The translations under genes and the position numbers were made by a program. From contig OX597832.1 of NCBI GenBank assembly GCA_951406725.2, positions 20,522,001 through 20,586,000 of the forward strand: a stretch of DNA of 64,000 nucleotides, given 5' to 3'. The stretch comes from Octopus vulgaris. Its lineage: Eukaryota. This document shows, piece by piece, positions 13,929 to 28,614 of this stretch. Under the pieces are notes generated by a model. It searched no databases. It saw only the letters and a program-made list of their open reading frames with translations, and was not told where the DNA came from. Within the stretch, counting starts at the first letter, position 1; every line of letters starts with the position of its first letter.

Positions 13929-13993
13929 CACAGATATATAGATATATAGATATACACAATATATATAGAGAGAGTGTGGAGGATGTTGATAGG

Positions 13994-14058
<65 letters not shown>

Positions 14059-14061
14059 CGG

Positions 14062-14101
<40 letters not shown>

Positions 14102-14407
14102 GAGATAGATAGACAGATAGGTAAACATATACATAGACAGACATAGAATGACGGACAGACAGACAGACAGAGGGAAAGAGAGTGAGCGAGAATGAAATGG
14201 GAGCCAGACAGAGAGAAAAAGAGACGCAAAGAGAAAGAACTCATTCAGACATATTCAGCGAAATCAGACAACAATGAACATATTTATGAATGTGTGTGTT
14301 TATTCACATACATACATACATACATATATACATACATTCATGCATACATATACAAATATACACATACATGTCTGTATATAAGTACCTATGTATATATATA
14401 CATATAC

Positions 14408-14474
<67 letters not shown>

Positions 14475-14711
14475 TATACATATTAACGCAAGTGAGCTTT
14501 AAAATGACGTATCACTCATTTTTTAAATTTTTTTTCAGAAAATTGCGTATTCATGAATTCATAGAAAGAAAAATTTGATAGTGACTGCGAAATATCGGCT
14601 TACCAACCGTCATCTTATTGGCCTGGTTCTGAATTTGTGAGCGCGCGCGTGCATTTAACTAGGCACGTGCCCTTGGTGATGTATTTTCCTTCTTTGGACT
14701 TTCCGTTTTGC

Positions 14712-14748
14712 ATTTCCGATGACGGACTCTTGCTCGAAACGTCAAAAT
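14712..14748 (+). ncRNA. Degenerate minimal hammerhead motif
   Basis: TTT-CCGATGA-C-GGAC-tctt-GCTC-GAAA-CG-TC-AAA; U4 mutated and stem II imperfect. Confidence 0.38.
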
Positions 14749-15144
14749 CACTCTCTTTTTACTGAGCATCAAACAAATCCATTCCTTGTGCTTGTACTTT
14801 TGTTTGTCATAGTTAATTTTATTGTTCGCTTATTTGAAGATGCATGGCTCAGTGATTAAGGTGTTGCACACCGGATTGCAAGATCGCGGGTTCGATTCCC
14901 AGACCAGGCATTGCGCTTTGTTCTTGAGCAAAGCACTTTATTTCACGTTGTTTTGCGATCATTTTATCATTTGACATGTGGCACACGGTGCACCTGTACA
15001 AGTAATGTCAATTTGATGGAGAGGATGAGCTTATTTGAACAGAAACATTTATTCACTATAAACATATCGTCTGTGTGGTTGTTCGGTAAGGAATTGTCGA
15101 ACCCTAATACGTTGTCTAACGACGGGAGAGTCTATTGTTCTTAT

Positions 15145-15209
<65 letters not shown>

Positions 15210-15323
15210 TACAAATGGTTCATCATTGTAAAATTTATTGAACCACTGATTTAAGCTTCTATCGATGATGTAAGGAAGATTCGGCTGCTCTTTCTTGCGC
15301 GAAAACTTTCTTCATAAATTTCC

Positions 15324-15720
15324 GGCGGCGAGCTGGCAGAAACGTTAACACGCCGGGCGAAATACTTAGCACTATTTCGTCTACCGCTACGTTCTGAGTT
15401 CAAATTCCGCCGAGGTCGACTTTGCCTTTCATCTTTTCTGGGTCGATAAATTAAGTAAAACTTACGCACAGGGGTCGATATAATCGACTTAATCCGTTTC
15501 TCTGTCCTTGTTTGACCTTTCTGTGTTTAGCTCCTTGTGGGTAGTAAGGAAATAGGTATTCCGTCCGTCGCTACGGTCTGAGTTCAAATCCCCCTGAGGT
15601 CGCGTTTGCCTTTTATCCTTTCTGGGTCGATAAATTAAGTACCAGTTGCATACTGGGTTCGATCTAATCGACTGACCGCTCGCCAAAAATTTCGGGCCTT
15701 GTCCATAAAGTAGAAAAGGA
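15324..15720 (+). mobile_element. SINE family B, tandem/dimeric copy
   Basis: Head GGCGGCGAGCTGGCAGAAACGTTA, B-box-like GAGTTCAAATTCC, central domain cgactttgcctttcatc.tt..ggggtcgataaattaagtaccag present twice. Confidence 0.88.
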
Positions 15721-16148
15721 TATGTGAAATTAGTAAGGTAGCTCCCGCCTTAAGATATCGCTAAACATTCCGTACGGCGTGCTAACGACTCTGCTAACTC
15801 TAGCCTTAAAATATCGCCAAGAAGTTCGCCCCGCGTGCTAACGATTCTGCTAACTCCCTATTTAAAATATCGCTAAGTGTTTCGCCCCCCGCACTAATAA
15901 TTGTTACAGCTCACCGCCTTTTTAGAATAAAGGTATATAAGTATATCCATTACATAATCTGAACAGATACCAATCGTTTCAGTGTCTGTAATTTTATTCC
16001 GTAATTTCGCATGTGCGTACAAGCGCGTGCTTGCGCGTCCACATGCGTGTATAGCGTTTCTGTTTGGCCCTCACCACCGCTTCAACACCGGTGGTGATTT
16101 GCCTACGTACACGTAATGTGTACGAGATATATGCCGATATCGATATCG

Positions 16149-16216
<68 letters not shown>

Positions 16217-16320
16217 CTATAACATATTCTTTATGTATCTCCTTAACTTCTTGGAGATTTTACGTATAATAGTTATACTAATGTCCATCTGTTCTAATTT
16301 AATTAAATTCTATGTCTTTT

Positions 16321-16407
16321 TGCAGCTGAAGATTGCTCTACATTTTAAACTGATGTAATGATTGCATTGTTCAATTAAATGGAGTTCGATGAAACGATCG
16401 TACAGCA
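16321..16407 (+). ncRNA. Degenerate hammerhead motif with long stem II
   Basis: TGCAG-CTGAAGA-(ctcta...tggag pairing, long loop)-GAAA-CGATCG-TA-CAGCA; palindromic CGATCG at stem III, stem I 4 of 5 paired. Confidence 0.42.
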
Positions 16408-16554
16408 TTACCTATGGATGTCCTTGTTGCATACTTTAATTTTAATCACCTTATTTTGAAATTTTATGGATAATACCGTACAAATTTCTGGTGACTCAAC
16501 TTGAGTACCTTATTCATCTGAATCTATCTATCTACCTATCTAATATATATATAT

Positions 16555-16893
16555 TGCGGAGTCCCCCTTCGGTCATGACTGTCCGTGGGATTGCAGCTAG
16601 GATGTTACCTCCCAGGCACAAGTCCGGCAAGGTTGTTTATGGAAGACCAACAGTCGCCCATGCACACCGGCCTCCCCTCTCCACGCCACCAGTGTTATCC
16701 AAGGGAAAGGCAAAGGGGCCGATACAGCTTGGCACCTGTGACGTCGCAACTCATTTCTATAGCTAAGTAAACTGGAGGAACCTGAAATAAAGTGTCTTGC
16801 TCAAGAAAAGAACACGCAGCCCGCTCCGGGATTCGAACTCACAACTTTAAGATTGTAAGCTCGACGCTCTAACCACTGAGCCATGCGCCTTCA
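16555..16893 (-). mobile_element. tRNA-derived SINE family C
   Basis: Minus-strand head GGCGCATGGCTCAGTGGTTAGAGCG...GAGTTCGAATCCC (Pol III A/B boxes) then ttcttgagcaagacacttta; related heads at 11092-11195(+), 14836-15135(+), 42255-42370(+) and 58920-59117(-). Confidence 0.85.
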
Positions 16894-16999
16894 TATATAT
16901 ATATATATATACTCACAAACATATATTTATATGTATGCACCCACACACGCGCGCGCGCGCACACACACACACGCATACACACACTCACACACAGGTGCA

Positions 17000-17202
17000 A
17001 ACCGCAATTTCATTCAGTGAACAGATAGCGGTTTCAAAGCGACGAAAATATTTTGACAAATTAAATGTAAATGTTAAAGTGAAACTAGCGATCTTCGTGC
17101 GTGTTTTTTAATGGCTTATAAACACCTTAAACGCTACAAATGTTTTCGTTCCAGCAAACGATCTCAACTCAGGACACTTGCTACGCAAGTACATCTCCGT
17201 GA
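17000..17202 (+). mobile_element. Family P1 Penelope-like short element
   Basis: Colinear with 34720-34918: hammerhead, then ...aatggcttataaacacctt... and tail ...cttgcta..caagtacatctccgt. Confidence 0.6.
17008..17060 (+). ncRNA. Degenerate hammerhead motif of the G3-C8 family (third copy)
   Basis: TCA-GTGAACA-G-ATAGC-ggtttcaaa-GCGAC-GAAA-ATAT-TT-TGACAAA; core intact, stems I and II partly broken. Confidence 0.5.
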
Positions 17203-17489
17203 TATATGGGACCACATGAACCTCAGAAATGATAATATACGTTAAGGAATATATTCCTGAGTGCCTAAGCTTATTGCAGTTGTTGTCGATGGGTCTTTGA
17301 TCATCATCATCGGCATCATCGGCATCATCATTATCAACTTCATCATCTTGTGCAGCACCAACAGCGTCCCATTTTACCACTGGCGCCAAAATCACTACCA
17401 TCACCATCATTTGGAATTTCATTACACGTCTTCTCCAGTTCTCACTCCATCTGGAACTCTACTTCCTCCTCCCAACCTCTTTTTTCCTC

Positions 17490-18640
<1,151 letters not shown>

Positions 18641-19354
18641 GCCGGCATCCCCCCTTGCTTTCTCCACACTCCGTCTGTCCTATCTAAAACGTCCGCCTTT
18701 TGTACGCATTGTTTTCCTGTAGAGCGGTAGCACACACGTCTGAATGGCCAAGAAGAATGCCGAAGCGTTAGTAGTTATGGTATCGCAAAAGCCCAGATAC
18801 TGCTGCATCCACTCATTCTGGTACTTAGCCTTTTTAACTCGGTTCCGCCTACCCTCCGTTCCGTACAGTCCTCAGCAACGAAAACCGCCGACATTCAAAA
18901 AATCTTCAAAACCACAAAAACCGCAAAAACACAGGAACACACGAAGCAGAGCAACATAAAAGCACATAAAATTATACACACGCGCATATACAGAAACACA
19001 CACACACATATACATATATACACATACGCATATACACACGGGCGAGCATTTACGTGTGTACAGCAGATCTGTATGAGCATGCACATGCGAAGAGAGCTAT
19101 GGCGACGAAGAGTTTTTCTATATTTATTTATATACATTTACGCTCACATAACTCATAACACATGACACGCATACATCCACATATAGACACACACACACGC
19201 AAAGGCGCATATACAAACATGAATATGTGATAATAGTATGTGTATGCCTACGTGTTTTCGCGTATACAGTCACATACATGTATTTATAGAGGTGCAAATA
19301 TCTCCCACCCTCTCTCTCTCTGTATATATATATATGTATATGTATGTATATATA

Positions 19355-19843
<489 letters not shown>

Positions 19844-19854
19844 TGCTTCCCCTC

Positions 19855-19965
19855 CACATGGTTCCGGGTTCCGTGGCATCTTGGACTCGTGTCTTCTAGT
19901 ATAGCCACGTGACGACCAAAGCCTTGTGAGGGGATTTGGTAGACGGAAACTGAAAGAAACCCGAC

Positions 19966-19968
<3 letters not shown>
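19855..19968 (+). mobile_element. SINE family A 5' fragment
   Basis: cacatggttccgggtt...gacggaaactgaaagaaacccgacg. Confidence 0.8.
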
Positions 19969-19999
<31 letters not shown>

Positions 20000-20002
<3 letters not shown>

Positions 20003-20215
20003 ACGGGAAGCTTTATGAAAATAAACAAAAGACGGAGGCAGGTGGAATACAAACAAACAATTGTATTAGTATGGCGTTCAGGAATATAACTAAAACAAGT
20101 CTTTTACGTTTCGAGCCTACGCTCTTCAACAGAAAGATACACAGAAAAAAAACACGGAAAAAAAACATGGAGAGAAAAAACATGCGTGCAGAAGCTAGCG
20201 AATCAACATGGCAAT
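20000..20215 (-). mobile_element. Penelope-like pLTR remnant (family P2)
   Basis: Carries the 20100 hammerhead; related to 37735-37890 (tgtatt...ggcg.tcaggaa followed by the motif); inserted in TA/GATA microsatellites. Confidence 0.5.
20100..20137 (-). ncRNA. Minimal type-I hammerhead motif (Penelope-type; A6 replaced by U in this copy)
   Basis: Minus strand: TCTTT-CTGTTGA-A-GAGC-gtag-GCTC-GAAA-CG-TA-AAAGA; 5-bp stem I, 4-bp stem II, GAAACGTH signature. Confidence 0.6.
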
Positions 20216-20217
20216 AT

Positions 20218-20290
<73 letters not shown>

Positions 20291-20592
20291 GAGTGGGTGA
20301 GAGAGAGAGAGAGAGAGCAATAAGAAAATAGAGTGGTCAATAAATAGTATTCATCAACTTTTAGACATTATATTATGTCAATTTCTTTATTTACTAAAGG
20401 GACAATTACAACAATATACATACATGTATAACATATTATGCTTTACATATATAATATATAAAGATACCAGTAATTATTGAAATATATAACATTCAGGAAT
20501 AGAAACTGGGAAAATGTCTTACAGCTGTTTCCGTCAAGAGGCAAAATACCTCATTCTACCTTTATCCCTCTAGGACACTGAAGTAATTAGTA

Positions 20593-20662
<70 letters not shown>

Positions 20663-20671
20663 TACATATAA

Positions 20672-21056
20672 TCTTTTACTCTATTACTCCTTTACTTCTT
20701 TCAGTCATTTGACTGCGGCAATGCTGGAGCACCGCCTTTAATCGAGCAACTCGACCCCGGGACTTATTCTTTGTACGCCCAGTATTTATTATTTCGGTCT
20801 CTTTTTGCCGAACCGCTAAGTGACGGGGACATAAACACACCAACATCGGTTGTCAAGCGATGCTAGGGGGACAAACACAGGCACACAAACACACACACAT
20901 ACATATATATATATACATATATACGACGGGCTTCATTCAGTTTCCGCCTACCAAATCCACTCACAAGGCTTTTGGTCGGCCCGAGACTATAGTAGAAGAC
21001 ACTTCCCCAAGGTGCCACGCAGTGGGACTGAACCCGGAACCATTTGGTTGGTAAAC
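20672..21056 (-). mobile_element. SINE family A, near full length
   Basis: Homology to 19355-19744. Confidence 0.88.
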
Positions 21057-21859
21057 AATGCCTGTGATTGACCACGACCACCGTCGCTTCACAAACGATG
21101 CTCGTGTGTTTACGTCCAGGTAAACTAGCGGTTCGGCACAAATTTCCGGCCTCAGTGCGCCAAATGAAGACATTCGAAAAATACACCCAAATATAAATTG
21201 TAGAACTTTATACATGTACGATTTCGGTTGAGTGTTCCATATCCAGTTCTGGAAATTGTGTCTTGTAAGCGTCAGACTATGCTGACGATCTTGCAGATAT
21301 CTGCGTGTTTGCATACGTAGATATTAACAAATGAAACCATTGGTACGTAAATATTCGTTTTTTATTTCGTATATTTTTATTTGTCTTGCTCATTTTTTAC
21401 ATTTTGTCGTTTTTGCTGAGATTTTCAGTATAACACATTCTTCGTGGTAATGACGATTTGACGTCTATGTTTAGCATATTAGGTGTTCACTTTAGTGATC
21501 ATTCCTCTTAATTTTGTATGTAACACAATTTTTAATCTTCGGAGTTTTTAAATATGCTAAACCACTGGTTACAATTAATATCAATTTCTACCCTTATTTA
21601 ATTTTATATATATATATATCGCGTGTATTACCTTCCGCTAACACGATGTTCATGCGGTTTCTTCACTGAATCATTTATTAATTTATTTTATCAATATTTC
21701 TTTCCATAACATCTTCTCACCACCCCTCTACATAATATTAAGGCGGGGAAACTGAAAGGGGGAATTTATTCCATAAAGAGAGAAGGAAAGCAGAAAAATG
21801 AGAAAGAAATTCTACTTCATAAGCACACATATACACACAACATTGAGCACACACACACG

Positions 21860-21905
<46 letters not shown>

Positions 21906-22068
21906 AACTCATATATATATAAACACATACACATATAGAAAAATACAAATATCCACACAGGACCGTATTTATTTGCCTATCTTCATTAGATCTTAATTCT
22001 TCACATGATAAAAGAAAAAAATTAAAAGACCCAGAATGAGAGGAAAGAAAGAAAGAAGGAAAGAAGGA

Positions 22069-22111
<43 letters not shown>

Positions 22112-22288
22112 CAGTTAAGAGGAGTAGAAAGAAGGAAAGAAACAAGAAAGATTTTTGGCAAGGCGGAGAAATAAAGATATGGAAATCTTAGGAGGTGCAT
22201 ATGATGAAGAGGTCAGCCGTGTCATATCTGGCCACAGGAGATAATTGAACCCCTATAGTCATTGCTGTCGCTTTTTCGGTTGATGATG

Positions 22289-22289
<1 letters not shown>

Positions 22290-22380
<91 letters not shown>

Positions 22381-22394
22381 GTTACTATTATTAA

Positions 22395-22455
<61 letters not shown>

Positions 22456-22458
22456 GCG

Positions 22459-22499
<41 letters not shown>

Positions 22500-22505
22500 T
22501 ATTAA

Positions 22506-22569
<64 letters not shown>

Positions 22570-22662
22570 TATCATTATTATTAATATTATTATTAATATT
22601 ATTTTTATTATTATTATTATTATCATTATCACCAATATTATTATTATTATTTCTATTATTAT

Positions 22663-22700
<38 letters not shown>

Positions 22701-22743
22701 TTATTGTTATTATCCTCATCACCATATATTATTATTATTGTTA

Positions 22744-22774
<31 letters not shown>

Positions 22775-22806
22775 CATTATTATCATTATTATTACTATTA
22801 TTATCA

Positions 22807-22840
<34 letters not shown>

Positions 22841-22850
22841 CGTCATTGTT
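22290..22850. repeat. (TAT)n microsatellite tract
   Basis: Direct reading; also 34064-34220, 47066-47346 and 60001-60072. Confidence 0.95.
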
Positions 22851-23202
22851 GTTGTTGTTGCTGTTGGTGGTGCTGGTGGTGCTTCTGCTTCTCCTGCTGT
22901 TGTTGTGCTTCTTCTTAATAGTATTTCAAACAAACATGAGAAATTATTACGAATATTATTATTATTATTATTGTTCGCTGTAGTTCTCATTTATGCTCTC
23001 TCGTTCTTGAAATTTGTAAGAATAACAAGAAAACACGAAAGTGGGCGATGCAAGGACAGAAATATAGAAACAAATGAGTGAAAGGCAGTGATATAATGTA
23101 TGTGAGCTTACATAAACACTAAACACACACACACACACACACATACACACACACATACAATAAACACACACATACACATGCACACACATTTACAAACCTA
23201 TA

Positions 23203-23415
23203 TATGAGGTGGTATGAAAAGGCTCCCGGAATAATTATGCTTAATATAAAATGACTTCTTTACCTAAATTTTAACATCATCTCTTTCAAAATAGTCACCT
23301 TGCGCAGCAATACACCAGTGCCAGCGCTCCTTCACTTTTTGGGAATCTTACCTGGAAGGCGTTTTCTGTCAGCGAGACGAGAACCTTCTGCGATTCGCAC
23401 TGTATCTCGACAATG
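23203..23415 (-). mobile_element. Mariner element 3' end (transposase C-terminus plus TIR)
   Basis: Minus-strand translation IVEIQCESQKVLVSLTENAFQ / ERWHWCIAAQGDYFERD matches the mariner C-terminal RWxKCIxxxGDYFE motif; TA(T/C)GAGG..TGAAAAG..CCCGGAAT terminal repeat-like end. Confidence 0.8.
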
Positions 23416-23446
23416 GTGTGTGTGTCTGTATCTGTGTGTGTGTGTG

Positions 23447-23508
<62 letters not shown>

Positions 23509-24010
23509 AAGAAAGAGAGAGAGCGAGAGCAGCTGGTGAGCTTCCACAATCGTTAGTACGCTGACCAAAAGTGCTAAGCGACATTTGGTTCCTCTTACGT
23601 TCTATGCAAATTTCACCGAGATTGGTTTTGCTTTTCCTCATCGTCTTGTACAAGTGAAAAACAAGAGATCAAAATATTCGGCAAACAAATGATGTCACCA
23701 GAAAGTCAATCAACAAGAACGCTAGACTTCTGCGAAAAGAACAAAAATATGTGACCAAAACATTCATAAACCGAGTGACATATTAAAGTAACCAGACTGT
23801 CAAAAGACTAGATTTTAGACGGACACAAACAAGTGACGTCATCAAATTTACAACCAATCAGAACTTCTTCCTTTACAATAAAATACAAACACACACACAA
23901 ATACACACAAAGCAATTTTAACTTAAGATACATCAAACCCTCGGCATCTAAACCGAGGATAACAAATCTACCATTATGCAATAGGACAGAAATTGTAAAA
24001 AAACAAATTC

Positions 24011-24064
<54 letters not shown>

Positions 24065-24079
24065 CCTCTCTCCCTCTCC

Positions 24080-24149
<70 letters not shown>

Positions 24150-24226
24150 CGAGTAAATCCAAACTTACAGGGAAAAATTAGATTTAGGATTAAATCTAAT
24201 TTTATAGTATAAATATATATATATAC

Positions 24227-24305
24227 ATTATATTAAATTAGAGATAAACCACTATTAGGCAAATATTGATTTGCCTAATAGTGGTTTTATCTCTAATTTA
24301 ATATA

Positions 24306-24307
<2 letters not shown>
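24227..24307. repeat. Near-perfect hairpin (about 38-bp arms, 4-nt loop) within an AT-rich dispersed repeat also seen at 6420-6600
   Basis: attatattaaattagagataaaccactattaggcaaat-attg-atttgcctaatagtggttttatctctaatttaatataat. Confidence 0.85.
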
Positions 24308-24347
<40 letters not shown>

Positions 24348-25378
24348 GGCAGAAGTACTGACATTTTGAGGCAGTGTTTTTGTCACTTACATTGATCCCA
24401 GTGCTAAACTGATACTCGTTTCCAGCTATCTCCGAATATTGGATGTCAAATTCGACGTCGTCGGAATTTTAACTCGGAATGGGAGGACGGACGGATGGAT
24501 GGAATACCGCTGAGTACTGTGTTCGGTTTACGAACGATTCAGTTTACTCGTCGTCATAGAAATATAAATAACATGCGCAAATCTCCGCCAAGGCAACACC
24601 AACGTCCACTCAACGACTAGTTAGAAATAATTTTTTAAATGAGGCTACCACAAGCGAGAATACTAAAAATGAACCCGACCGCTCTCAAACATTTAGTGAA
24701 AAAAAAAAAAAAATGGAGATATAATCCAGAATCCTTGACCGGTATCGGATCGATCACAAATTCTAATCACTCTGTGCCAGTCACGTGGCCAAACATCTCT
24801 GAAATTTTCATCCAATTCCATCCAGTGGTTCTTGGGATTTCTTGTCCACGGACAAATATACAAACACGACTGAAAACAATACCTCAACCTTCGCTAAGAC
24901 AGAGATAATAATAACGGATTCAAATTTTGGCACAAGGGCAGTAAACGCAGAGAAGGGGCAAGTCGGTTATATTGACTTCAATTCTCAACTGGTACCTATT
25001 TTATCGGCCTCTAAAGTTGAATGGTAAAGTCGATCTCGGCGGAATTTGAACTCAGAGCGTACAGACGGAAAAAACGCCGCTAAGCATTATATCTGGTTGG
25101 CTAACACTGCCATGATACATAAAAATAAGAGCGACATATAATGGGTCTTGGACAGCAATTCTTGAGTATGAGAGTTCAGTTGTTAGATCAAGTGAACTAC
25201 CTGCTTTTTTTTTTGTTGTTTAAGAAAAATGTCCAGTTCCTTGGGTTTGTGTCTATGTTTTCGTTTCTCATTGTATTCGACGTTTTTTTGGTGTCCTGTA
25301 CTCATATATGCGTGTATATATACATGTAGAGGTAGGTACGTACATATATGTATATATATATGCATATGTTTTTATTTA

Positions 25379-25424
<46 letters not shown>

Positions 25425-25934
25425 CGCACTGGGGTCGATTGTCTGTCCTTGTTTGTCTCCTCTGTGTTTAGCTCCTTGTGGATTGTAAAGAAATAGGTAT
25501 TTTTCTTCTGCCGCTACGTTCTGAGTTCAAATCCCGCCGAGGTTGACTTTGCCTTTCATCCTTCCGTGGTCGATAAATTAAATACCAGTTGCGAACTGGG
25601 AACGGTTTAATCGACTAGGCCCCTCCCCCAAAATTTCGGGCCTTTAGACTTGAGTAGAAAAGAATATAACTATATCAAGCAACATCAGGCAAGATCCGTT
25701 GTGTAAAAGTTTGAACGTTTCAATTACAACTGAACTTTATCTAACCGGCTGCCGCCAAGTATTCGTCAAATCATTTGGATTCGTAGCTAAAGACAGACAA
25801 GGATAGTTCTACAGACAGCATGCATAGTGGTCGATTCCGCAACCGTATGATTGTGAATCGAACATTTCAATGAAACTCTGAGAAAGGAATTGCAAGAATA
25901 AGAAAAACAGACAGGAAAAGAGGAGGAGGAGATG

Positions 25935-26232
25935 GAGAAGAAGAAGAAGAAGAAGAAGAAGAAGAAGAAGAGGAAAAAGAAGAAGGAGAAGAGGAAAAAA
26001 AAGAAGAAGAAAAAGAAAAGAAGAAGAAGAACAAGAAGAAGAAGAAGAAGAAGAAGAAGAAGAAGAAGAAGAAGAAGAAAAAGAAGAAGAAGAAGAAGAA
26101 GAAGAAGAAGAAGGTGAAGAACATGAAAATGAACAACAGAAAGCGAGAAGCCTAAATAAAAATGTAAGGAAGGAGAAAAAAGAATCGCGGAGGTGAAAGA
26201 GAAATAACGGAGAAAAACTAGTAGTGGTAGTA

Positions 26233-26305
<73 letters not shown>

Positions 26306-26486
26306 GAGCAGGAGGAGGGGAGAAGGAGGAGTACGACTAAATTAAGTACCAGTTCCAAACTGGGATCGATCTAACCAACTAGGCCCCTCCCCAAAAATGT
26401 CGGGCTTTGCCTAGAGTGGAAAAGATATAATTATCGAAAAATATCAGGTCGAGAAGAAGAAGAAGAAGTAGAAGAAGAAGAAGAAG

Positions 26487-26518
<32 letters not shown>

Positions 26519-26902
26519 GCAGAAGAAAAAGAAGGAGGAGAAGAAGAAGAAAGAAGAAGAGGAAGAAGCAGAGAACAAGAAGAAGAAGAAGGAGAAGAAG
26601 AAGAAGAAGAAGAGGAACAAGAAGAAGAAGAAGAAGAAGAAGAAGAAGAAAAAGAGGAACTAAGAAGAAGAAGAAGGAGAAGAAGAAGAAGAAGAAGAAG
26701 AAGAAGAAGAAGAAGAAGAAGAAGAAGAAGAAGAAGAAGAAGAAGAAGAAGAAGAAGAAGAAGAAGAAGATGGTGACGAGGATATCAGAGGAAGAAGAAG
26801 AAGAAGAAGGAGAAGGAGAAGAAGAAAAAGAAGAAGAAGAAGAAGAAGAAGAAGAAGATGAAAAAGAAGAAGAGGAACAAGAAGAAGAAGGAGGAGAAAA
26901 AT

Positions 26903-26951
<49 letters not shown>

Positions 26952-27430
26952 GGTGGTGGTGGTGGTGGTGGTGGTGGTGGTGGTGGTAGTAGTAGTAGTA
27001 GAAGAAGAAGAAGAAGAAGAAGAGGAACAAGAAGAAGAAGAAGAAGAAGAAGAGGAACAAGAAGAAGAAGAAGGAGAAGAAGAAAAAGAAGAAGAAGAAG
27101 AAGAAGAAGAAGAAGAAGAAGAAGAAGAAGAAGAAGAAGAAGATGAAAAAGAAGTAGAGGAACAAGAAGAAGAAGGAGAAGAGGAAAAAGAAGAAGAAGA
27201 AGAAGAAGAAAAAGAAGAAGAAGAGGAACAAGAAGAACAAGAAGAAGAAGAAGAAGAAGAAGAAGAAGAAGAAGAAGAAGAAGAAGAAGAAGAAGAAGAA
27301 GAACAAGAACAAGAAGAAGGAGAAGAAGAAGAAGAAGAAGAAGAAGAAGAAGAAGAAGAAGAAGAAGAAGAAGAAGAAGAAGAAGAAGAAGAAGAAGAAG
27401 AAGAAGAAGAAGAAGAAGAAGAAGAAGAAG
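25935..27430. repeat. (GAA)n polypurine tracts interrupted by (TAG)n/(GGT)n
   Basis: Direct reading. Confidence 0.95.
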
Positions 27431-28042
27431 AGGGAGGTACAAGCGGAGGGAGGAAGGAGTTGGAAAAGAAGAAAATGGACAACAACAGCAGAATAAGAAG
27501 GAAGAAGACGGCGGCGGCACATCACTGGTTTTTGTGAATGATAAGACTGAACATCTAATGAAACGGGTTGGGTAAAGGCTGATTGGTTGACATCTGTTCG
27601 GGTTGGTTGGTTGGGTTGTTGAGTAGGGAGGGGGGGTGCGGGGAGAGTTGGTTGTTGTGCTAATTTGAAGGTTAGAAAAACACGGGAAAGCGAACACACC
27701 ATACTCTCTCATACACAAATCAGCATACACGTACGTACGTATGTATGTATGTATGTATGTATGTATGTATGTATGTATGTATGTATGTATGTATGTATGT
27801 ATATATGTATGAATGTATATACATACATACGTACATACTTATGCACACAGCCGAATATATATACATATACATACATATTTATATATAAATATATATATAT
27901 ATATATGTACACGTATGCGTGTGGATTTATAAGTGTATGCATGTATATATATACATACGTATGTGCATATACATCCATATACACACAAACACATATATAA
28001 AATATGTATGTATGAAGTTACATATGTAGATATATATGTGTG

Positions 28043-28092
<50 letters not shown>

Positions 28093-28614
28093 TGTATACA
28101 TATATTGATGTATGTGTGTGCCGGTTGTGTGTGTATTTATATATACATCCACACGTATAGACATATTACATATGGGCGGAGCTTTCCATCATCTGTGGTT
28201 GTTGATGTAGACCGGTAGGGGCTATTGCAGGGCGATGTTTTATTGCCGATGTTGTTGAAGTAACGCTTGTACTAATTATTGTTATGGGTTTTCGTTGTTT
28301 TTTTTTTTGCTGTTGTTATTGTTTCTTAGTCTTTCCTTAATGTTTTTGTAGTGGTTGTGTTGTTGTAATTGTGGTCGGCGGCGGAGGCAGCGGTGGTGGC
28401 GGCAGTGGTTTTTGGTGCTGGTGGTGCTGGTGGTGCTGGTGGTGGTAGTGTTACTGGGTGTTGTTCTTAGTTTGGCGGATGGTGGGGGAAGGTTTGCTGT
28501 GGGGGGAGACGGGGTGGGGCTAGTGGTTGGCAGTAAGTGATTGTCCGCGGCAGTGGTGGCATTGAAGCCGCTGCTGCTGCTGTTGTCACTCGTTGCGTTG
28601 GAGACTGATGGCGG

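Noticed and set aside
16820-16893. tRNA-like sequences with A/B boxes (also 11092, 14840, 33320 and 57467)
   Set aside because: They run directly into repeated SINE bodies and lack a proper cloverleaf; SINE heads, not tRNA genes.
18872-18874. In-frame TGA joining two open frames (selenocysteine or readthrough idea)
   Set aside because: The upstream frame is CA/TG-repeat derived and no SECIS-like structure was seen.
26379-27730. Long poly-S/L/E/F ORFs, and similar poly-D/M/I, poly-N/Y, YI and YLSI ORFs across the window
   Set aside because: Translations of GAA, CAT, TAT, TA and GATA microsatellites; open in several frames on both strands, with no domain content.
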